A stretch of DNA of 64,000 bases, from contig NMRA01000539.1 of NCBI GenBank assembly GCA_002633005.1, forward strand, positions 124,001 through 188,000. Reading direction: 5' to 3'. Positions 52,101-64,000 of this stretch are shown piece by piece. This stretch comes from Phoronis australis (taxonomy: Eukaryota > Animalia > Phoronida). The stretch's first letter is position 1, and each line of letters opens with the position of its first letter. A model generated the notes under the pieces. That model was given only the letters and a program-made list of their open reading frames with translations, was not told the DNA's origin and did not search any database. Made by a program: the position numbers and the translations under genes.

Positions 52101-55100
52101 CTCCTTTGAAGAAGTCAGCTGTTGAAACAAGTTTATACATCACTGGACTTATTAACGTGAGAAACAATGAACGTAGTAGTGGCTTGTTTAGCAATTAAAG
52201 CTTTTGGTCAAAAACAAAATCCCTCTTGGTACCACAATACCGATTTCTGCTCTCAAAATAAATTTGTTAATTAGAAATTACGGAATGAATGAACAGTCAT
52301 GATTTTGATACAAATTTAGATTATTAATAGCAATAATCTCTTGACTACTTTTTGGATCATCCCGATTTGTTCTTAATTTCAAAATACAGTAGCACAGACT
52401 GTAATTATTTTCGTAAGCTAAATACAGTTTCACCTTGGTCGAGGAGGTCTTAATATTAAAAGCCTCGTACCTTTTCGTGCTCCGCTGTCATTGCCTTCTG
52501 GTACTCTTCCAACTGCTCGTTGATTTTATCCATGATGACTTCAGAACTTTTTTCCACGGAGATCTCACCGCACATGTCCAAGTGCGTTCCTACTACTTTT
52601 ACAACCGCACCAGGAGCCTGCGATAAGAAAATAATTTTCTCTGCAACTTATCTTGATTAGGAAGCATGGCTTCAAAAACCGCTTGATGTGTCATATCTTT
52701 TAAGTCATTGTTTTTTACAAACTGCCTTGTTAAAAATACTCCAATTTTAGTGTTTGCGTGTTGATCACAGCTGTATAATATAACTATAAACTGTTTAGTT
52801 TGCGAATTAAGTAGTGCTAAGTTTTTTCCAGTTTACTTTTGAACAATTTTGTGACAAAGTAGTATGTTGCTGTTCTGCTATGATATGTCCTAAATTAAAG
52901 AAGAAACTTTATCATAGTCATAATTTTTCCATGTCATTGAATACGTTGTATTTTCTTGTATTGAGCATGGTCTGAACAATCTAGGCTCCGCCTACATTTG
53001 ATGTAATCATACACAATGATGAACATGGAGTTCTCATTTAGCATTATGGGATACATCATTAGGGAGTTACCTGAGTATTTAGCATGTCAATCCACCTGCC
53101 AATCACATTATGATACTCGGCCTCCTTGTACTTGCTGTGGTCATACACGATGAAGTACATGGACTTCTCATCCAGGAACAGGGGATACATTATCTCGTAA
53201 ATTTCATGTCCACTGAAAGAGATCGTTGTCCATGCTTGCAATTATTACCATTTCATTTCGTTTTTGTTTCTACCGACTTATGCAAGTTTACCAACCGATG
53301 TTTAACTACACGAAACTCCAACCTTGTGATATTTCTTGAAGCGACAATAAACCCGCATTTCATGCAAGAAGAAAATTTTGATTTTGACTACTTACTCGCA
53401 GCTTGTTCCTTACTCAAATGAGGAGTGATTTCTAGAATTGAATTGAACTGACAGTTTGTTATTCCTTGAGACCATGCTTGGTACACAAATGACACACCAT
53501 GACGAGCTAACTAGTAGGGTCTAGTCTCAAGCAGCGAGAAACTGCGAGATCTTTAAAGCCCTGAAATCACCTCAAATTTGACTAAGGGTCAAATTGAGAC
53601 CAATTTCATTACGGTAAAAGATTGAATTCAAAAGTTATTTTTGTGATATAAAGGTGGGTTTATAGCTCCTTAAAGAGATTGTGCATCACAAACATTTTTA
53701 AGTCTGGTCAACACGCCACCTGCTGGCCACATGGATTGTGCATATTGATTAGGTTATTTTTTTAGTCATTTGTTTCTTGTTGCCTTTTAACTCTGATGTA
53801 TTATCGTGCTAGATCATTTCATGCATAGTATGGGTTTAGAGTTGGTGTAACCTAGACCAAGAATTTGTATTGCGTTTCATTTGAATAGACAAAGATCCCT
53901 AGTCAGATATCTTTACTGTCTGGAATCAGTGACATTTAAATGAAATGTTTTATGTGTCAGTATACAGTATGTTAATATTTAAGGCATTTAAATTGAGAAG
54001 TTGAAGAATTAAAAATCATGGGTTGGTATTTTAACAGAGAGAAAATTGAAGATGGTTTGTATGGGCATTCAGGCGAACGTGATTTTGAACCCCAGTGTAA
54101 ATACCACAGTTTAAAAGTAGACGTTTTTTACCTGAAGTCCATGACACAGAATGGTATACCATTATCAGTCCTTGCCAATGCCAGGTCCACGAGCCTTGTA
54201 GCATCTTCCTCAGCCTTTGTCAGTTGGCTCTTCCCTTGTGTCAAAGCACGGATGAGACTGGTCTTGCCAGACTGTGACTGTCCGAGCACGATTAGCTTCT
54301 GTCTTTGCAGATTCTCAGTTTTGCTGATCTGCAGCTTGCGTAGGTAGTCGAAAATCTTTGTTGTTTCCGTCGTCTTCCATATTATCTCGGGCGGTTCTTT
54401 CATGGGGTTCTTGTGAAGCCACAATCCGGAAGGGCGGAACTTTCGGTAGCTGTGGGCCTCGACCATTTTCTTCAGCTTGTAAAAGTTAAGCGGAAGGTGT
54501 GTAATCTGATTGTATGACACGTCCAGCGTGTGAAGATTCGGTAACTCACAGATAGCATCGCAGATTATGTTGATCTTGTTTCTCGCTGCTCGGAGAATCT
54601 TTAGCATTTTCAGCTTCCCAAACTGCCCTGGCAAGTGTCTGATGTTATTAGAACATATTTCCAGTTCCTTAAGCTGTGGAATGTAACCCAAGTGACCGTT
54701 CAAGTGCTCTAACCTGTTGTTGTTCAAGACCAGAACTTCTAAACTCAACATGGTTGATATCTCATCGTCCACGTGAGTTATGCTATTGTTCGACATGTCC
54801 AGAAGTTTCAGTCCAGCCATTGTGTAGATGGCCTTGGGAATATGTGTGAAGTAGTTGTTGTTCAGGTAGAACTCTTGCAAGTTACAATAGCAGTTAGCTG
54901 GGATAGTGTTTAGCTTGGTATACTCAAGGTCGAGCAGTTCTAGCTCAGGTATCTCAAAGATCACTTGAGGTATGTGCTCGGATTGTATTTGACCTTTCTT
55001 CAACAATGTGTTCATGTAGTCGTCGACGACGGAGCAGAAGCTACGCGGGTTGAGCGAGAGGACGCACAGTTTGTGCATCTCTTTCATCGTCTCCGGGAGA

Positions 55101-58100
55101 CTCTCTAGAGGGTTCCCCCAGAGGACGATCTCTTCCAATTCTTCACAATAGGCAATCTCTGACGGGAGCGTGGCTAGCGCCGTCTGTTGGAGGTTCAAAT
55201 ACTGCAGGTTCGTGAGATTACCGATATCTGGCATCAGGATCTGAATCTTGTTTCTGCTCAGGTCAAGTTTGGTAAGGCTTTTGCACCGCCAGATGACCGG
55301 CGGGACAAACGGAAGGTTGCACTCGGAAACGCAAAGTATCTCCAAATGCTGAAGTGAGGCCAACTCCTGGGGTAGGCCCGAGTAGTCGTTGGGGTGGGTG
55401 CAGCGGATGCCGTTACGGCTGAGATTGAGGATACGGAGAGTGCTTAGACGACGCACCTCCGCTGGGATGATTCGAAGATTGTTACTGGACACATCGAGTT
55501 CTCCGACATCTTTAGCTGAAAACAAGAGAACACACTAGTGCCGTTCCTACATGGATATTGGTGGAAATATTCCCGTGTATTTTGCAAGTGAATTATTACT
55601 AGGGAATTTTTTGCTAGGATTTTAAGTTTTCTAAGTTCCATCAAGGTTTGCTGGACTTATACTAGAAAAAATTATTCATGAGCTATGTGATTTGTTGATT
55701 CAATTTAAATTCCAATAGTTACTGGTATCATGAAACCACTGGTGCTGGCGCATGTGCTGTAGTGTCAGTGTCTGCCAATAGGGGTAACATAACTTCATGG
55801 TATTCATAAGTCCTTTGGGTAAATTTTCACTTGGAATTTTTTTTGCATTGAGAATTTGCTGGGATTATGAGTTGCATCAAATTTCACAGGATTAATTCCC
55901 TGGAAAAATTATTCCCAAGCATACTGATTTGTTTACTGAGTTAAGACTCGTGATTGGGACACACTGGATTAGTTGATATAATTCTTGTGAAAATACTACT
56001 GCAAAATTTCTGGGATTCTGATATTGATAGGGAATGCCACCGTTGTCTTTGTGAACCAGTCTGTTCCATTCTTATGTAAAGTGCAGTGCTTTTGGCTTTT
56101 CGCCCACCAAGCTTGGTAGCGATATACATAAACACCATTTTACCATCAAAAATGACCAGTTGACTGTGATGAACAAGCTGTTGTAATGGGGCACTCTATA
56201 GTCACCAGTTAGTGCTTATGACAACGGTTTGTAATGAATACCATCGTGTAGCTAGATAACAGAACGTTGCTTATCAAGGTAGGGGCATCATGAGATAAAG
56301 GGTCTCGCAAGATGAACTTAGTTGACGGTGTTGCTGAAGTCGAGGATTCTGGCCTGTAGCACTATTTTTTGCGAGATTGGTGGGATTGTGCAAGATCACA
56401 CGTAATCAGAAATACCGTAGATGTTGCATATACTTACTCTGAAAGACTGATGATACGAGAGAGGTCATGCCCTTGCACGAGAAGTCGATGACTCGTAGTC
56501 CCTTCTCGGCGATGTCGGGAGTGTGAATAGTCAGATGTTTCTTAGGCTTGTCACCAGGAATGAACTTCTTCTTGTCTGCTGAAGACAGATGAGAAAGGAC
56601 ATCATAATTTGTTGTGCAGACGTTGACAATGGCGTGGTGGAACTCTTCATTAACTTTTGTTGACTACAAATTCATTAGATTAGTTTATTTCATTTTATAA
56701 TGTGGATAATCTGTTGGTGACCACTTGAGAAAACGACAATTACTGCATTTATGGTAGGTTATGTAGGACACTAGAAGAATTCCGAATCTGTCTAACTTTG
56801 GAACTTCGTATCTTAGAAATAGCTTGTCATAATGATAATGCAACTTTAAGATACTCAGTAAAAGGAGAAAGCCTATAAAATTTGATTCTTGACTTTTAAC
56901 CAGTCTGCCATAAATTTCTGCCATAAATTTCTGCCATAAATTTCTGCCATAAATTGGATCATGGGATCATGTTTTTTAGTAAAAATTAGCAAAAAAGGTC
57001 CAGCCATAGCCAAACAACATTATCAATAACATGACCTAATTTTATTTGGTATAAACGTACAAGATAAAATCTCAAAAAATTAGTTGCAGTTTTCTAAATT
57101 ATCATTTCGTTTCTGTCTGATGCCTTTCTGATTATTAAAATTCCTTTTTGATAGCCCACATGCAAAACTGGAAAGTTTTAAAAACAATCCCTAAAAAATA
57201 ATCCGTTTTGTGGAACAGTGCATATATGGTGCCTGAAAGTTTCAGATATATATGATGTTCCAAAGTTTGTCAAATTTGGCCATTTTTCTTGGGTCTTACA
57301 CTCTTTGCTTGAGTGACGATCAAAAGTATGACTTTTATGAAAAAAAATCTGACAAGTTGCATAAAGTGAAAAGGAAATACTTTTGAAAACTGTAACAGTG
57401 ACTTTGAGCTCTCATCTTGAAAAACATTTATATCAAATAAAATTTGATCATGTTATCGATCCCGTTAATGTATGTACCTTTCTCCTTGCTAAATTTAACT
57501 GTAGCAACAAGGTCACCTGACCCATTAATGGCAGATTGGTAAAAAGTCAAAAAGCTAATTGTGTAGGCTTTCTACTTTCAGACCCAGACAAAATCTACAG
57601 TTTTATAAATATTTGTCTACATACGCAGTCTAGTAAATGAGGGGATAAATAACTCGAAACCTGGATATTCTTTAAGTTTGTATATATTGATATTCAGAGT
57701 GCTTATTTTGCCATAGGCTTATGGTAATTCTTGAATAATTTAGCACACAATATGGCTGACAAGCGAAATTTTATTTCATCAAATTTCTTCACAAAAATTA
57801 AAGATTAAGGAAAGTCGAGGCTATTACTTCAGTGGTCTGTACTGTGTAGATGCTGCCAAGAAGCATGCTGTAATTAAAATTTCCACTATTTGTAGCAAAG
57901 TTATTGGCCTTTCAAAAATCGTAAGGTTACCATTTTGGTAATTATTTACCATAATATTCCTGGGGCAAATGGTCAGATTGTCAAATAATGTTGAATGGTG
58001 ATAGCTGTGCAACAAACTGGAAGGAATTGGAACAACTTTCAGCTTTTCCACATTATTGTGTGCTGAATTAAATATTCTGTACCACAAGGTTTCTAACTAA

Positions 58101-61100
58101 GTGTATGTTTTGTTTACTCTTTAAGGCCAGGGTCATGGTTCATACAACTCACCAAGGCAGACATTTGAACTTTATAGGCTAATAATGGTGAAAATTCTGG
58201 AACAAAGTGGCAACTCAGCTATGAAAAGAAAAATTTAGAAATAAACCAAGTCTTTTGTCATATATCCATTGAACAAATGCTACACCCATGGCAGTTTATG
58301 TTTGCCTTGCATTGAGTTGGTCCACTGAATTACTTAACCATGCTATTTGCTAACTGCACAGAGGCAAGTGGTGTGGTATGATAAGCCCTGTAATGTTGGG
58401 AATAGTAGTGTCCTGTGACTACAGACCCTTGAGGTCACCTAATCAATGCACATAGCTGAAAAATGGAGAAAGGAGAAGTCCATCTTATAATTTCATATCG
58501 TGATTTTGTTGCTATAATGCATTGCCTTGGCTTTGGGTGATGTTGTTTAGGTAAAAACAGCACAGGTGGTTCTGATCTTTTTTTGAAAATCTAGTTGTGG
58601 TGCTGTACATTTAGTTACGAATAAAGAAAATCTACACGCAACGAATAAAAATGACACAGGACTTGTTTGTTTCACTTGTTGCTGAAGCATTTCCAACCTT
58701 GCTTACCCTTGCTTTTTTTCAAACAAAAAAACCAAATCTTGACTGAATTGATGCGGGGTAGGGGGCATTTTTTCAGTCAATGAGCGCTGCCATGAAAATG
58801 ATTTGGGATACAAACCAGAACTTGTTGTGCTTTTTGGCCTTAACATAACATTAAAATGTGTTTGCACTAGGTTATATTTAACACTGCATAGCTGCAGCGT
58901 GAGTTACAATGTTTTCTGTTCGTATCCTTTGATTTCAAAATGGCAATATCCTTGCTGATATCAATGCGTTATTCAGGAAATTGGAAAAATGGTTTCTAAT
59001 TTTGTTCCTTTAGTACATTGAAGCCAAGGAATCTAAATTAAGTTGGCTTATTTAGTAGAACTTCAATAACAAGCACTAGTTTTAAAAAATTGTTTTATGC
59101 CCCTGTCAAAGCATTTCATTTGAGAATTTTTTATTTGTTGAGTATTTTCACACTTGGGTGATATTTACTATGGTATAACCTTACCATTTTAGGGCACATT
59201 ATGGAAGATGAGAATTTATTTGCTAATTTTTTCTTTAAAAGGTGTTTACTAAGACCAAATTAAAGCTCTTCCAGCTAAGACAATGCTTAAAAAATTGTGA
59301 ACATTCACAATAATGTTAGAAGACCTTGGAAATGGTAAAATGGCAATTTTTTGTCCAGTATTGGTGAAATATTACCATATACTTCTGCCACAACGAGGTA
59401 GTTGTTGAGTATTTGATAGAGCTACAGTGGAGTGGGAGCCAAAGAGGTAGAGTGTGGGAGACTTGGACACTCGTAGACTAAAAGCCATATGTAATAAACA
59501 GGCCATGTGTAAACAAAACCTTGTACCAAAATAGTGCTAAGCTTTGACAATATCGATCATGGTCTGTGCCTTCTGTTTTTTAAGAGGGGAGCAATCATTT
59601 TTGATGTAGTCTTTAGCAAAAGTGCAGAGCCCCGGTGATTATGTAGAGATATTTTTCCACATTAATCACTATCATGCTGGCATGTTGGAATGTTTGTACC
59701 ATTCATCGAACAACAGAAAGGGGCGTAAATGAACCAGCGAAGGGCCTGCCTCTTGGTTCTCCAATCACTATCATTAAGCAGACACAAATCACATGTGCAG
59801 ACTGTGTTCAAAAGGGAGTAGGACATATGGCACAAGGTTTTTTCCAATGAGAGTAAATGCAAAACCAAGGTTAGGGTCCTTTGCTGGGCCGTGTCCATCA
59901 GTTTCTATTGTTCCCTGAACAGTATACTACACATTAGAACATTTAATTAACATTCAAAACATGCATTTCCATGACAACCAGGGCTCTGCATGTTTACTAA
60001 ACGTAACATCACTCAGCTTTCCTTACTCTGTTCTTCCTCATTTTCCTCTTTTATCCTCGACTGAGACCGTCGTAATTTATTCAGCTTCTTGCCAGCAGAT
60101 GGCGCCCTCCGGTAGGCCTGCTCATTCTCTTTAGCGGACATCGCCTGCAGGATTTGCTGAAATCAACAAAGAGTATAAAACAGTGTTAGTAATGGTAGTG
60201 TGTGGTGAAGTGAAAGTGATGTGGTGATTGGCCCTTGTTTAACGCATTAGCCATATTGGAATTGCAGAAACAAAACTTGATTGTGGTATTGGCATTTATT
60301 TATTTTTCTGACCTCATATGGGATGTATGCAAAAGTAACATTACACTGTAACGTTGAACCCTTCCAGTTAACTGTTTTCATGCCGCGAACTCAATCATAC
60401 GTATATGTTCTGACGTAAACAGATATTACTGGTCTCGTGATATTTGAAAGCTACCATAAGTTTTCCTAGAAGTCTTAATGACTATTAGATATCTTAGTAT
60501 TTCCAGACTTGCCATAACTGATTATTTCATAGCCTGTCTGTTCACAATTTGTAAACGGATCAGCTGAAAGCTTTCGTAAACATCATCCCCATCTACCATG
60601 ATGCTCAGACTGACATTTTTAGAACCACCATTACAATTGCATGGTATATCACTATGCAAATTTTCAAATTTGGTACAAGCTATGACCTCAAGAGAAATTT
60701 TCCATGGTACTAAACTGGAGAATTTTTTTACCGTACTTTTTTAACTATGCGATACTAATCAGGGCTCAGTATTAATTGCAAGAACTGTCCAGTTGTCCAG
60801 GACAACCCTAAATCGTGTGAACAAGTTGAATTCTCTGTCAGTTGTCCGGGTAGACAGTTTAAATATACCACCTTTTCGCAACACCTCGTCTTTGCCTCAC
60901 GGAATTTTCTATGTTTTTTAAGCCTTTGGTGATGATGTACTGTAGTTTCCAAAATAAATGGGACAAAGTCAAAGCTTGATCATAAAGGACAAAATTTCGC
61001 CACACAAAACCACGACTAAATATCCATTACTTTTCGACCAGAATTTGTTTCAATTCTGACTAAATCTCTACAAACTCTCGACAGGTGTTTCTACATCCAA

Positions 61101-61688
61101 ATTGTTGAATTGTGACAACTTACTATGCAAGTCCATTACATAAATAATTGATTAGTGATTAGGTGCAATAACTTCACATTAACCTTTACTAACAAAATTT
61201 TGATAAAAACACTAATTTTATCGTAAAACAATTTGAAGAAAGTGACAAATAATTCTAGCATGAAGTTCATCCAAGTTTGTCGGAATCTGTCAGCAGTCAA
61301 AGTCTGTTTAGTTTATTTTGAAAACTTCTGTTAGCAATGAGCAGAATCTCCACGTTGAAATTTAGAACAGAATTTGATCATAGATTTCTGATTTTGTAGT
61401 TTCTCTAAATTATATTTTGATTCCTTAAGAAGCGCATTTATTAAAAAAGAGACTGAAACTCTGAATTGCTTTATTCCTCATTGCTATCTTGTCTAGACTT
61501 TTGACATTTTTTATTCTACCTAACTGCAGTATGCAACGAAGACATCTTCACTCTATTTTATCTTTGCGTGTATGTAAACATGACAGTGATTACAACTTAG
61601 TAGAGGTAAACAATTTCTTGTTAATTTAATCACTTACGTCGATATACTCCGCATTTCCATTGATGGGCTTGGCTCTTGACCGACTCAT
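49126..61688 (-). CDS. ROCO family protein, LRR-ROC-COR without kinase (MFHAS1/MASL1-like), about 1057 aa
   Basis: Exons 61688-61638, 60156-60027, 56578-56438, 55515-54132 (many LRRs, then KLIVLGQSQSGKTSL P-loop), 53212-53071 (DF/SGHEIY..YPLFL), 52617-52471 (VVGTHLD), 50734-50467 and 50036-49126 (IPPHW...COR: IGEVLWY...VFHKP, FPMHYPTSVFERLSCR). Phases join into one 3174-nt frame. The two most 5' exons are less certain. Confidence 0.88.
56905..56955. repeat. 13-bp tandem repeat x4
   Basis: (CTGCCATAAATTT)4. Confidence 0.85.
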
Positions 61689-64000
61689 AATGAACTTGGT
61701 TAGTTACATCTGATGTTAAAACACCGACTCTGAAGCTGTAAACAAGGGTCTAAACCCCTCGGCGAGTTCATCCGGTAACAGACTTCCTAGCATCCCAATT
61801 TCGCTACATAGTCCCCAGTTTGGTGATCATTATCGCATTAATTAGGCCATATTCCGACAGGATCGTAACAACGAGTGATTAAAAACCCTCATTTGTTGCT
61901 CCCTACTGCTTCAGGTTTCTTATCCTATTAAGAACTTGGCAACTAACGGCCTATTGGCTTTTGACAGTTAAAACTATTAAGGAAAATATTACCTATACAA
62001 GAACTATTCATTGCAGCTTTCTTTAGAGAACATGGTCTATTACAGGTAAGCTTTTAATACTCATTGTTCGTTGATGGAGTGTAATTCAGACTGAATTCAG
62101 GGGGTGTTTAATACATCTTTGGTTCACAAATGTTTGTATTTGAGACCCTCGAAGTTTGCATAGAAAACAGGTATTGATTGTAAGTCTGCAAGCATGCCTA
62201 AGTTGATATTTGAAGTTGGAGGTTCATTGCAAATTTGTCATTCTTTAAGAGTATGGATAGCATATCCATGTCCATCATATCTCAATATGCGTTGGTCTTT
62301 GCATATAAATTATTGAACAGTAGTGATTGTTTGGCAGCAGAAATCCCCTTTTCCGTTGTTTAGATTATTTGTAGCTATGATTTATTTCCTCTAGTTATTG
62401 ATTCTTCAATGTATGGCATTTTGTTTATTATTGATGTAACCATGGCTGCCGTCTTCCGTAATGGCAAGTCTCAAGTATTGCGCTTCATACTCCTGGGAAT
62501 GCATGTGCTTTGCATGTTCTTTTGATAGGAAACAAAAATACATTCATTTTTAAATGAAATTTTTAATGCTTTTTGAGTGTTAACCAATGCAACACAAACA
62601 GGTGAGACAAGTGATCCAATGAATACGTAAATAAACGTGTCTTACATAATATGTGAAGTTCATTGAAGTTTTCTGTATTCCGCTTCACACCCATAACTGC
62701 AGCACTGCCATCTATAGTTTGTCAAGTTAACTGTTGTAAACCATTGGTATTCAAATACTTCAACCTGTTCTAGCTAACAGTAGTTTTCCTTCTTTTATAC
62801 CGTATGTTGTGTAATGCAAGAATTCAGCCAGACTAAAGCCGCAGTGATTTGAAAAGGTAGATGAGCATGATCAAGCAGGAATAGTGTAAAGGATCCAGAT
62901 TAGGCTACAGAGATCAAATTGAGGATCTCTTAATGAACAATGATGGTGCTCATAATTACAGGCTTAGTCTCAATGGTTTCCAGGGTCTTGGTTCACCTGG
63001 AGGCAATACAGCTGCTCTGTAGTCACACACCATCTCTCGAGTGCACAGAAAGCTCAGAAAGTGACTGAAAGATTGACATGGTTCACATCTTGAATGTTAA
63101 TTCACAAAAGTAGCAAAAATGGTTTCCTTAATCCTGGACACTGGCCATTGTCCTACAAATTACGGGACGTGCTGGTAAATTTCAAGACAAATGTGATTGG
63201 TTGTTTATTAAGAAATGCTTTGAATGTCGTCTTAAATCAGGGCATTGCATTCACCACTATGTACCTTTGTCTGAAACTGAATATGGAAAATTAGCCACAA
63301 ATTTCACCTTACACATGAGGGACATCACCCATGTCTGGCTTAACAATCGCCTGCAGAATTTCCAAATTTTCACGTTTAACCGTCTACACTTGGATTCCTG
63401 CCCACCCCTATCTACTTGATCCAACACTTTCTGTAAAGCTCCTATGGATCTTGGTAAATGCCTAGTATCTCCTGTAAATTTTAGCTCCCAAAATATACAA
63501 AAGCTTTGATAATCAACAAAGTTTTATCAGCACCTGTACTCACCTGCTGTGTTTCATTTTACTCTTGCCGCACCAGTGTTTACCCATTTCAATGTTCTGG
63601 TAAACACGCAGCCCTGACAAAAACTTTCGCCCATGCTCTACTTCATGCCGTTCCCTGATATTTGAGTTCCTTAAAGCTAAAGCCCCCTGGGCGTTATTGT
63701 GGACAAGTGTGATTTCATGCCACTGAAGGTAATGCAATGAATTATATATTTTGATGTAGTATTTCATCAAAAACATAAGGGATCGTGTTCTGATATAAAA
63801 AACAACTTTCATCATATGGAGTATTTGCCACTCCTAAGCAGTATTATTGAGTTCATATCCTTCAAACTGAATTACGTAGATTGACATAAAACGCCTAGAG
63901 TATAACCCCCAACGGCAATGCTGCTTTGGCGACTAAAACTATGGTGCCATGAAAAGCAATTTATGTGAGCATGGCCTAAATCAAAGACAAAGTGATTTTT

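Noticed and set aside
60092-60106. CTCF-like motif CCAGCAGATGGCGC
   Set aside because: It lies within a predicted coding exon and can be explained by codon content; no independent support.
62017-62045. 29-nt plus-strand micro-exon-like segment (TTGCAG|...CAG|GTAAGC) as an LMF2 exon
   Set aside because: Translation does not match the expected LMF2 sequence and the length would shift frame after a phase-0 donor.

Overview
Eukaryotic, AT-rich, intron-containing genomic DNA, most likely from a marine invertebrate animal, and apparently a heterozygous draft assembly (single-N joins at 17552, 22460, 31942 and 35357, three of them flanked by near-identical duplications). By reading splice sites across the ORF track I reconstruct five protein-coding genes. 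(1) A minus-strand 3-exon gene encoding an unusual RING-like finger + ubiquitin-like + TerD-domain fusion (6142-2417). (2) PPP1R15 (GADD34/CReP family, 13380-16433) with a candidate ATF4 element, a TATA box and two uORFs. (3) NCAPH2, the condensin II kleisin (minus, 37898-21909). (4) LMF2 (plus, from 39076, incomplete in the window), head-to-head with NCAPH2 and carrying a tandem pair of homologous 153-nt exons that look mutually exclusive. (5) An MFHAS1-like LRR-ROC-COR gene (minus, 61688-49126), apparently nested antisense in an LMF2 intron. The rest is Penelope and LINE remnants, several MITE families (two copies with 5-bp TSDs) and simple repeats. Best novelty candidates: the RING-UBL-TerD gene and the LMF2 mutually exclusive exon pair. 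All assignments come from motif recognition by eye; no database searches were run.
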